In this document: one piece after another, positions 26,021 through 39,100 of the stretch
Numbering within the stretch: the first letter of the stretch is position 1
How the letters are laid out: each line of letters starts with the position of its first letter
Source: the human T2T-CHM13v2.0 reference genome, Homo sapiens
Reading direction: 5' to 3' (one strand)
Assembly: GCF_009914755.1 (NCBI RefSeq)
Contig: NC_060927.1
Length of the DNA: 64,000 nucleotides
Notes under the pieces: model-generated
Seen by the model: the letters and a program-made list of their open reading frames with translations, nothing else
Database searches by the model: none
What the model was told of the DNA's origin: nothing
Position numbers and translations under genes: made by a program

Positions 26021-26730
26021 GAGAATTCTATTGTCTATCATTACACGAAGAAATCCCGTTTACTACGAAGGCCTCAAAGAGGTCCAAATATCCAGCTGCA
26101 GACATTACAAACTGAGTGTTTCCAAAGTGCTCTATGAAAAGAAGTGTTAAACACTGTGAGTTCAATGCACACATCCCAAAGCAGTTTCTGAGAATGATTC
26201 CGTCTATTTTTTCTACGAAGATATTTCCTTTTCTACCGTTGGCCTCAAAGCGCTTGAAATCTCCACTTGCAAATTCCACAAAAAGAGAGTTTCAAATCTG
26301 CTCTGTCTAAAGGAAGGTTCAACTCTGTGAGTTGAATACACACCACAAAAAGAAGTTACTGAGAATTCTTCTGTCTAGCATTATATGAAAAATCCCGTTT
26401 CCAACGAAGGCCACAAAGAGGTCCAAATATCCACTTGCAGATTCTGCAAAAAGAGTGTTTCCAAACTGCTCTATGAAAAGAAACGTTAAACTCTGTGAGT
26501 TGAACGCAAACATCACAAAGTAGTTTCTGAGAATGACTCCGTCTAGTTTTTATACGAAGATATTTCCTTTCCTACCATTCACTTCAAAGCGCTTGAAGTC
26601 TCCCCCTGAAAATTCCACAAAAAGTGTTTCCAATCTGCTCCACCTAAAGGAAGCTTCAACTCTGTGAGTTGAATACCCACAACCCAAAGAAGTTACTGAG
26701 AATTCTTCTGTCTAGCATTATATGAAGAAA

Positions 26731-26747
26731 TCCCGTTTCCAACGAAG
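26731..26747 (-). promoter_or_regulatory. Last intact CENP-B box before the HSat1A block
   Basis: tcccgtttccaacgaag, ~355 bp before the junction. Confidence 0.92.
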
Positions 26748-27100
26748 GCCTCAAATACATCCAAATATCCAGTTGCTGACTTTACAAACTGAGTGTTTCC
26801 AAACTGCTCTATGAAAAGAAAGGTTAAACACTGTGAGTTGAACACACACGTACCAAAGTAGTTTCTGAGAATGATTCTGTCTAGTTTGCATACGAAGATA
26901 TTTCCTTTTCTACCATTGGCCTCAAAGCTCTGAAATCTCCACTTGCAAATTCCACAAAAAGAGAGTTTCAAATCTGCTGTTTCTAAAGGAAAGTTCAACT
27001 CTGAGAGTTGAATACACACCAGAAAAAGCAGTTACTGAGAAGTCTTCTGTCTAGCATTATATGAAGAAATCCCATTTCCAACGAAGACTTCAAAGAGGTC

Positions 27101-27104
27101 CAAA
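27101..27104. other. Alpha-satellite / HSat1A junction with 4-bp CAAA overlap
   Basis: Observed ...gaggtc-caaa-gtaccccaatat; alpha would continue gaggtc-caaa-tatcca; HSat1A normally reads aaatat-caaa-gtacccc. Confidence 0.93.
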
Positions 27105-30100
27105 GTACCCCAATATATATTATATACTGTACATGAAATATCAAAGTTCACAAACTATATATTATATACTGTACATAAAATATCAAAGTACCCAAGGTAT
27201 ATATTCTATAGTGTACAAAAAATATCAAAGTACCCAAAGCATGTATTATATACCGTACATAAAATATAAAATTACATCAAATATATATTTTATTCTGTAC
27301 ATAAAATATCAAAGTACACCAGATGTATATACTATAGTGTACATAAAATATCAAAGTACCCAAACTATACATTATACACTGTACATAAAATATGAAATTA
27401 CATCAAATATATATTAGGTACATAAAATATGAAAGTACATCAAATATAGATTATATACTGTAAATATAATATCAATGTACCCCAAATATATATTTTATAC
27501 TCTACATGAAATATCAAAGTTCACAAACCATATATTATATACTGTACATAAAATATCAAAGTACCCAAGGTATATATTCTATACTGTACAAAAAATATCA
27601 AAGTACCCAAAGCATGTATTATATACTGTACATAAAATATGAAAGTACATCAAATATATATTTTATTCTGTACATAAAATATCAAAGTACACCAGATTTA
27701 TATTCTATAGTGTACATAAAATATCAAAGTACCCAAACTATACATTATATACTGTAAATAAAATATGAAATTACATCAAATATATATTATATTAGGTACA
27801 TGAAATATGAAAGTACATCAAATATAGATTATATACTGTACATAAAATATGAAAGTACCCCAAATATATATTATATACTCTACATGAAATATCAAAGTTC
27901 ACCAACTATATATTATATACTGTACATAAAATATCAAAGTACCCAAGGTATATATTCTATACTGTACAAAAAATATCAAAGTATCCAAAGCATGTATTAT
28001 ATAGTGTATGTAAAATATGAAAGTACATCAAATATATATTTTATTCTGTACATAAAATATCAAAGTACACCAGATATATATTCTATAGTGTACATAAAAT
28101 ATCAAAGTACCCAAACTATACATTATATACTGTACATAAAATATGAAATTACAGCAAATATATATTATATTAGGTACATAAAATATGAAAGTACATCAAA
28201 TATAGATTATATACTGTACATTAAATACCAAAGTACCCCAAATATATATTTTATACTGTACAAGAAATATCAAAGTTCACAAACTATATATTATATACTG
28301 TACATAAAATATCAATGTACCCAAGGTATATATTCTATACTGCACAAAAAATATCAAAGTACCCAAAGCATGTATTATATACTGTATATAAAATATGAAA
28401 GTACATCAAATATATATTTTATTCTGTACATAAAATATCAAAGTACACCAGATATATATTCTATAGTGTACATAAAATATCAAAGTACCCAAACTATACA
28501 TTATATACTGTACATAAAATATGAAATTACATCAAATATATATTATATTAGGTACATAAAATACGAAAGTACATCAAATATAGATTATATACTGTACATA
28601 AAATATCAAAGTACCCCAATATATATTATATACTGTACATGAAATATCAAAGTTCACAAACTATATATTATGTACTGTACATAAAATATCAAAGTACCCA
28701 AGGTATATATTCTATACTGTACAAAAAATATCAAAGTACCCAAAGCATGTATTATATAATGTACATAAAATATGAAAGTACATCAAATATATATTTTATT
28801 CTGTACATAAAATATCAAAGAACACCAGATATATATTCTATAGTGTACATAAAATATCAAAGTACCCAAACTATACATTATATACTGTACATAAAATATG
28901 AAATTACATCATATATATATTAGGTACATAAAATATGAAAGTACATCAAATATATATTTTATTCTGTACATAAAATATCAAAGTACACCAGATATATATT
29001 CTATAGTGTACATAAAATAACAAAGTACACAAACTATAAATTATATACTGTACATAAAATATGAAATTACATCAAATATATATTAGGTACATAAAATATG
29101 AAAGTACATCAAATATAGATTATATACTGTACATATAATATCAATGTACCCGAAATATATATTTTATACTCTACATGAAATATCAAAGTTCACAAACCAT
29201 ATATTGTATACTGCACATAAAATATCAAAATACCCAAGGTATATATTCTATACTGTACAAAAAATATCAAAGTACCCAAAGCAGGTATTATATACTGTAC
29301 ATAAAATATGAAAGTACATCAAATATATATTTTATTCTGTACATAAAATATCAAAGTACACCAGATATATATTCTATAGCGTACATAAAATATCAAAGTA
29401 CACAAACTATACATTATATACTGTACATAAAATATGAAATTACATCAAATATATATTATATTAGGTACATAAAATATGAAAGTACATCAAATATAGATTA
29501 TATACTGTAAATATAATATCAATGTACCCCAAATATATATTTTATACTCTACATGAAATATCAAAGTTCACAAACCATATGTTATATACTGTACATAAAA
29601 TATCAAAGTACCCAAGGTATATATTCTATACTGTACAAAAAATATCAAAGTACACAAAGCATGTATTATATACTGTACATAAAATATGAAATTACATCAA
29701 ATATATATTATATTAGGTACATAAAATATGAAAGTACATCAAATATAGATTATATACTGTACATAAAATATCAAAGTACCCCAAATATATATTATATACT
29801 GTACATGTAATATCAAAGTTCACAACTATATATTACATACTGTACATAAAATATCAAAGTACCCAAGGTATATATTCTATACTGTACAAAAAATATCAAA
29901 GTACCCAAAGCATGTATTATATGCTGTACATAAAATATGAAAATACATCAAATATATATTTTATTCTGTACATAAAATATCAAAGTACACCAGATATATA
30001 TTCTATAGTGTATATAAAATATCAAAGTACCCAAACTATACATTATATACTGTACATAAAATATGAAATTACATCAAATATATATTATATTAGGTACATA

Positions 30101-33100
30101 AAATATGAAAGTACATGAAGTATAGATTATGTACTGTACATAAAATATCAAAGTACCCCAAATTTATATTATATACTCTACATGAAATATCAAAGTTCAC
30201 AAACTATATATTATATACTGTACATAAAATATCAAAGTACCCAAGGTATATATTCTATAGTGTACAAAAAATATCAAAGTACCCAAAGCATGTATTATAT
30301 ACCGTACATAAAATATAAAATTACATCAAATATATATTTTATTCTGTACATAAAATATCAAAGTACTCCAGATATATATACTATAGTGTACATAAAATAT
30401 CAAAGTACCCAAACTATACATTATACACTGTACATAAAATATGAAATTATATCAAATATATATTAGGTACATAAAATATGAAAGTACATCAAATATAGAT
30501 TATATACTGTAAATATAATATCAATGTACCCCAAATATATATTTTATACTCTACATGAATATCAAAGTTCACAAACCATATATTATATACTGTACATAAA
30601 ATATCAAAGTACCCAAGTTATATATTCTATACTGTACAAAAAATATCAAAGTACCCAAAGCATGTATTATATACTGTACATAAAATATGAAAGTACATCA
30701 AATATATATTTTATTCTGTACATAAAATATCAAAGTACACTAGATATATATTCTATAGTGTACATGAAACATCAAAATACCCAAACTATACATTATATAC
30801 TGTACATAAAATATGAGATTACATCAAATATATATTATATTAGGTACATAAAATATGAAAGTACATCAAATATAGATTATATACTGTACATAAACTATCA
30901 AAGTACCCCGAATATATATTATATACTCTACATGAAATATCAAAGTTCACAAACTATATATTATATACTGTACATAAAATATCAAAGTACCCAAGGTATA
31001 TATTCTATACTGTACAAAAAATATCAAAGTACCCAAAGCATGTATTATATACTGTATATAAAATAAGAAAGTACATTAAATATATATTTTATTCTGTACA
31101 TAAAATATCAAAGTACACCAGATATATATTCTATAGTGTACATAAAATAACAAAGTACACAAACTATAAATTATATCCTGTACATAAAATATGAAATTAC
31201 ATCAAATATATATTAGGTACATAAAATATGAAAGTACATCAAATATAGATTATATACTGAACATATAATATCAATGTACCCCAAATATATATTTGATACT
31301 CTACATGAAATATCAAAGTTCAGAAACCATACATTATATACTGTACATAAAATATCAAAGTACCCAAGGTATATATTCTATACTGTACAAAAAATATCAA
31401 AGTACCCAAAGCATGTATTATATACTGTAGATAATATATGAAAGTACATCAAATATATATTTTATTCTGTACATAAAATATCAAAGTACACCAGATATAT
31501 ATTCTATAGTGTACATAAAATATCAAAGTACCCAAACTATACAATATATACTGTACATAAAATATGAAATTACATCAAATATATATTAGGTACATAAAAT
31601 ATGAAAGTACATCAAATAGATATTTTATTCTGTACATAAAATATCAAAGTACACCAGATATATATTCTATAGTGTACATAAAATAACAAAGTACACAAAC
31701 TATAAATTATATACTGTACATAAAATATGAAATTACATCAAATATATATTAGGTACATAAAATATGAAAGTACATCAAATATAGATTATATACTGTACAT
31801 ATAATATCAATGTACCCGAAATATATATTTCATACTCTACATGAAATATCAAAGTTCACAAACCATATATTGTATACTGCACATAAAATATCAAAATACC
31901 CAAGGTATATATTCTATACTGTACAAAAAATATCAAAGTACCCAAAGCAGGTATTATATACTGTACATAAAATATGAAAGTACATCAAATATATATTTTA
32001 TTCTGTACATAAAATATCAAAGTACACCAGATATATATGCTATAGCGTACATAAAATATCAAAGTACACAAACTATACATTATATACTGTACATAAAATA
32101 TGAAATTACATCAAATATATATTATATTAGGTACATAAAATATGAAAGTACATCAAATATAGATTATATACTGTACATTAAATACCAAAGTACCCCAAAT
32201 ATATATTTTATACTGTACATGAAATTTCAAAGTTCACAAACTATATATTATATACTGTACATAAAATATCAAAGTACCCAAGGTATATATTCTATACTGT
32301 GCAAAAAATATCAAAGTACCCAAAGCATGTATTATATACTGTATATAAAATATGAAAGTACATCAAATATATATTTTATTCTGTACATAAAATATCAATG
32401 TACACCAGATATATATTCTATAGTGTACATAAAATATCAAAGTACCCAAATTATACATTATATACTGTACATAAAATATGAAATTACATCAAATATATAT
32501 TATATTAGGTACATAAAATACGAAAGTACATCAAATATAGATTATATACTGTACATAAAATATCAAAGTACCCCAATATATATTATATACTGTACATGAA
32601 ATATCAAAGTTCACAAACTATATATTATGTACTGTACATAAAATATCAAAGTACCCAAGGTATATATTCTATACTGTACAAAAAATATCAAAGTACCCAA
32701 AGCATGTATTATATAATGTACATAAAATATGAAAGTACATCAAATATATATTTTATTCTGTACATAAAATATCAAAGAACACCAGATATATATTCTATAG
32801 TGTACATAAAATATCAAAGTACTCAAACTATACATTATATACTGTACATAAAATATGAAATTACATCAAATATATATTAGGTACATAAAATATGAAAGTA
32901 CATCAAATATATATTTTATTCTGTACATAAAATATCAAAGTACACCAGATATATATTCTATAGTGTACATAAAATAACAAAGTACACAAACTATAAATTA
33001 TATAATGTACATAAAATATGAAATTACATCAAATATATATTAGGTACATAAAATATGAAAGTACATCAAATATAGATTATATACTGTACATATAATATCA

Positions 33101-36100
33101 ATGTACCCGAAATATATATTTTATACTCTACATGAAATATCAAAGTTCACAAACCATATATTGTATACTGCACATAAAATATCAAAATACCCAAGGTATA
33201 TATTCTATACTGTACAAAAAATATCAAAGTACCCAAAGCAGGTATTATATACTGTACATAAAATATGAAAGTACATCAAACATATATTTTATTCTGTACA
33301 TAAAATATCAAAGTACACCAGATATATATTCTATTGTGTACATAAAATATCAAAGTACCCAAACTATACATTATATACTGTACATAAAATATGAAATTAC
33401 AGCAAATATATATTATATTAGGTACATAAAATATGAAAGTACATCAAATATAGATTATATACTGTACATTAAATACCAAAGTACCCCAAATATATATTTT
33501 ATACTGTACATGAAATATCAAAGTTCACAAACTATATATTATATACTGTACATAAAATATCAATGTACCCAAGGTATATATTCTATACTGCACAAAAAAT
33601 ATCAAAGTACCCAAAGCATGTATTATATACTGTATATAAAATATGAAAGTACATCAAATATATATTTTATTCTGTACATAAAATATCAAAGTACACCAGA
33701 TATATATTCTATAGTGTACATAAAATATCAAAGTACCCAAACTATACATTATATACTGTACATAAAATATGAAATTACATCAAATATATATTATATTAGG
33801 TACATAAAATACGAAAGTACATCAAATATAGATTATATACTGTACATAAAATATCAAAGTACCCCAATATATATTATATACTGTACATGAAATATCAAAG
33901 TTCACAAACTATATATTATGTACTGTACAGAAAATATCAAAGTACCCAAGGTATATATTCTATACTGTACAAAAAATATCAAAGTACCCAAAGCATGTAT
34001 TATATAATGTACATAAAATATGAAAGTACATCAAATATATATTTTATTCTGTACATAAAATATCAAAGAACACCAGATATATATTCTATAGTGTAAATAA
34101 AATATCAAAGTACCCAAACTATACATTATATACTGTACATAAAATATGAAATTACACCATATATATATTAGGTACATAAAATATGAAAGTACATCAAATA
34201 TATATTTTATTCTGTACATAAAATATCAAAGTACACCAGATATATATTCTATAGTGTACATAAAATAACAAAGTACACAAACTATAAATTATATACTGTA
34301 CATAAAATATGAAATTACATCAAATATATATTAGGTACATAAAATATGAAAGTACATCAAATATAGATTATATACTGTACATATAATATCAATGTACCCG
34401 AAATATATATTTTATACTCTACATGAAATATCAAAGTTCACAAACCATATATTGTATACTGCACATAAAATATCAAAATACCCAAGGTATATATTCTATA
34501 CTGTACAAAAAATATCAAAGTACCCAAAGCAGGTATTATATACTGTACATAAAATATGAAAGTACTTCAAATATATATTTTATTCTGTACATAAAATATC
34601 AAAGTACACCAGATATATATTCTATAGCGTACATGAAATATCAAAGTACACAAACTATACATTATATACTGTACATAAAATATGAAATTACATCAAATAT
34701 ATATTAGGTACATAAAATATGAAAGTACATCAAATATAGATTATATACTGTAAATATAATATCAATGTACCCCAAATATATATTTTATACTCTACATGAA
34801 ATATCAAAGTTCACAAACCATATATTATATACTGTACATAAAATATCAAAGTACCCAAGGTATATATTCTATACTGTACAAAAAATATCAAAGTACACAA
34901 AGCATGTATTATATACTGTACATAAAATATGAAATTACATCAAATATATATTATATTAGGTACATAAAATATGAAAGTACATCAAATATAGATTATATAC
35001 TGTACATAAAATATCAAAGTACCCCAAATATATATTATATACTGTACATGTAATATCAAAGTTCACAACTATATATTACATACTGTACATAAAATATCAA
35101 AGTACCCAAGGTATATATTCTATACTGTACAAAAAATATCAAAGTACCCAAAGCATGTATTATATACTGTACATAAAATATGAAAGTACATCAAATATAT
35201 ACTTTATTCTGTACATAAAATATCAAAGTACACCAGATATATATTCTATAGTGTATATAAAATATCAAAGTACCCAAACTATACATTATATACTGTACAT
35301 AAAATATGAAATTACATCAAATATATATTATATTAGGTACATAAAATATGAAAGTACATGAAGTATAGATTATATACTGTAGATAAAATATCAAAGTACC
35401 CCAAATTTATATTATATACTATACATGAAATATCAAAGTTCACAAACTATATATTATATACTGTACATAAAATATCAAAGTACCCAAGGTATATATTCTA
35501 TAGTGTACAAAAAATATCAAAGTACCCAAAGCATGTATTATATACCGTACATAAAATATAAAATTACATCAAATATATATTTTATTCTGTACATAAAATA
35601 TCAAAGTACACCAGATATATATACTATAGTGTACATAAAATATCAAAGTACCCAAACTATACATTATACACTGTACATAAAATATGAAATTACATCAAAT
35701 ATATATTAGGTACATAAAATATGAAAGTACATCAAATATAGATTATATACTGTAAATATAATATCAATGTACCCCAAATATATATTTTATACTCTACATG
35801 AAATATCAAAGTTCACAAACCATATATTATGTACTGTACATAAAATATCAAAGTACCCAAGGTATATATTCTATACTGTACAAAAAATATCAAAGTACCC
35901 AAAGCATGTATTATATACTGTACATAAAATATGAAAGTACATCAAATATATATTTTATTCTGTACATAAAATATCAAAGTACACTAGATATATATTCTAT
36001 AGTGTACATAAAACATCAAAATACCCAAACTATACATTATATACTGTACATAAAATATGAGATTACATCAAATATATATTATATTAGGTACATAAAATAT

Positions 36101-39100
36101 GAAAGTACATCAAATATAGATTATATACTGTACATAAAATATCAAAGTACCCCGAATATATATTATATACTCTACATGAAATATCAAAGTTCACAAACTA
36201 TATATTATATACTGTACATAAAATATCAAAGTACCCAAGGTATATATTCTATAGTGTACAAAAAATATCAAAGTACACAAAGCATGTATTATATACTGTA
36301 TATAAAATAAGAAAGTACATTAAATATATATTTTATTCTGTACATAAAATATCAAAGTACACCAGATATATATTCTATAGTGTACATAAAATAACAAAGT
36401 ACACAAACTATAAATTATATACTGTACATAAAATATGAAATTACATCAAATATATATTAGGTACATAAAATATGAAAGTACATCAAATATAGATTATATA
36501 CTGAACATATAATATCAATGTACCCCAAATATATATTTGATACTCTACATGAAATATCAAAGTTCAGAAACCATACATTATATACTGTACATAAAATATC
36601 AAAGTACCCAAGGTATATATTCTATACTGTACAAAAAATATCAAAGTACCCAAAGCATGTATTATATACTGTACATAATATATGAAAGTACATCAAATAT
36701 ATATTTTATTCTGTACATAAAATATCAAAGTACACCAGATATATATTCTATAGTGTACATAAAATATCAAAGTACCCAAACTATAAATTATATACTGTAC
36801 ATAAAATATGAAATTACATCAAATATATATTATATTAGGTACATAAAATACTAAAGTACATCAAATATAGATTATATAGTGTACATAAAATATCAAAGTA
36901 CCCCAATATATATTATATACTGTACATGAAATATCAAAGTTCACAAACTATATATTATGTACTGTACATAAAATATCAAAGTACCCAAGGTAAATATTCT
37001 ATACTGTACAAAAAATATCAAAGTACCCAAAGCATGTATTATATAATGTACATAAAATATGAAAGTACATCAAATATATATTTTATTCTGTACATAAAAT
37101 ATCAAAGAACACCAGATATATATTCTATAGTGTACATAAAATATCAAAGTACTCAAACTATACATTATATACTGTACATAAAATATGAAATTACATCAAA
37201 TATATATTAGGTACATAAAATATGAAAGTACATCAAATATATATTTTATTCTGTACATAAAATATCAAAGTACACCAGATATATATTCTATAGTGTACAT
37301 AAAATAACAAAGTACACAAACTATAAATTATATAATGTACATAAAATATGAAATTACATCAAATATATATTAGGTACATAAAATATGAAAGTACATCAAA
37401 TATAGATTATATACTGTACATATAATATCAATGTACCCGAAATATATATTTTATACTCTACATGAAATATCAAAGTTCACAAACCATATATTGTATACTG
37501 CACATAAAATATCAAAATACCCAAGGTATATATTCTATACTGTACAAAAAATATCAAAGTACCCAAAGCAGGTATTATATACTGTACATAAAATATGAAA
37601 GTACATCAAATATATATTTTATTCTGTACAAAAAATATCAAAGTACACCAGATATATATTCTATAGCGTACATAAAATATCAAAGTACACAAACTATACA
37701 TTATATACTGTACATAAAATATGAAATTACATCAAATATATATTATATTAGGTACATAAAATATGAAAGTACATCAAATATAGATTATATACTGTACATT
37801 AAATACCAAAGTACCCCAAATATATATTTTATACTGAACATGAAATTTCAAAGTTCACAAACTATATATTATGTACTGTACATAAAATATCAAAGTACCC
37901 AAGGTATATATTCTATACTGTACAAAAAATATCAAAGTACCCAAAGCATGTATTATATAATGTACATAAAATATGAAAGTATATCAAATATATATTTTAT
38001 TCTGTACATAAAATATCAAAGTACACCAGATATATATTCTATAGCGTACATAAAATATCAAAGTACACAAACTATACATTATATACTGTACATAAAATAT
38101 GAAATTACATCAAATATATATTATATTAGGTAAATGAAATATGAAAGTACATCAAATATAGATTATATGCTGTACATAAAATATGAAAGTACCCCAAATA
38201 TATATTATATACTCTACATGAAATATCAAAGTTCACAAACTATATATTATATACTGTACATAAAATATCAAAGTACCCAAGGTATATATTCTATCCTGTA
38301 CAAAAAATATCAAAGTATCCAAAGCATGTATTATATACTGTATATAAAATATGAAAGTACATCAAATATATATTTTATTCTGTACATAAAATATCAAAGT
38401 ACACCAGATATATATTCTATAGCGTACATAAAATATCAAAGTACACAAACTATACATTATATACTGTACATAAAATATGAAATTACATCAAATATATATT
38501 ATATTAGGTACATAAAATATGAAAGTACATCAAATATAGATTATATACTGTAAATATAATATCAATGTACCCCAAATATATATTTTATACTCTACATGAA
38601 ATATCAAAGTTCACAAACCATATATTATATACTGTACATAAAATATCAAAGTACCCAAGGTATATATTCTATACTGTACAAAAAATATCAAAGTACCCAA
38701 AGCATGTATTATATACTGTACATAAAATATGAAAGTACATCAAATATATATTTTATTCTGTACATAAAATATCAAAGTACACCAGATATATATTCTATAG
38801 TGTACATAAAATATCAAAGTACCCAAACTATACATTATATACTGTACATAAAATATGAAATTACATCAAATATATATTATATTAGGTAAATGAAATATGA
38901 AAGTACATCAAATATAGATTATATACTGTACATAAAATATGAAAGTACCCCAAATATATATTATATACTCTACATGAAATATCAAAGTTCACAAACTATA
39001 TATTATATACTGTACATAAAATATCAAAGTACCCAAGGTATATATTCTATACTGTACAAAAAATATCAAAGTATCCAAAGCATGTATTATATACTGTATA

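Larger units (their letters stand above)
1..27104 (-). repeat. Alpha-satellite higher-order repeat array, 17-mer, ~2891-bp period; most likely D3Z1 (human chromosome 3 centromere)
   Basis: ~171-bp monomers carry alphoid motifs (ctctgtgagttgaa, ttctgagaat, tcccgtttccaacgaag). The same ORF recurs at 8, 2900, 5791, 8682, 11573, 14463, 17355, 20246, 23137 and 26028 (spacing 2890-2892 = 17 x ~170). There is an A/B dimeric ~340-bp substructure, and I saw one HindIII site per unit (631-636). The D3Z1 assignment rests on recalled knowledge (17-mer ~2.9-kb HOR, HSat1A neighbour), not on a search. Confidence 0.97.
26021..27104 (-). repeat. HOR copy 10, truncated after 1084 bp by the HSat1A junction
   Basis: Matches positions 1-1084 of the HOR up to ...caaagaggtccaaa, then diverges. 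Confidence 0.95.

Noticed and set aside
8-27019. Recurrent 64-129 aa ORFs on both strands of the alpha satellite
   Set aside because: They repeat with the HOR period, overlap in conflicting frames, resemble no protein family I recognise, and are made or broken by single HOR variants. They are translation artefacts of satellite DNA.
27090-27120. Possible mobile-element insertion signature at the junction
   Set aside because: There is no poly(A), terminal repeat, L1 or Alu sequence. A target-site duplication cannot be assessed because the other end is outside the window.
27061-27417. 118-aa ORF reading through the alpha/HSat1A junction (MKKSHFQRRLQRGPKYPNIYY...)
   Set aside because: Chance in-frame entry into the stop-free HSat1A frame; there is no promoter, splice or conservation evidence.
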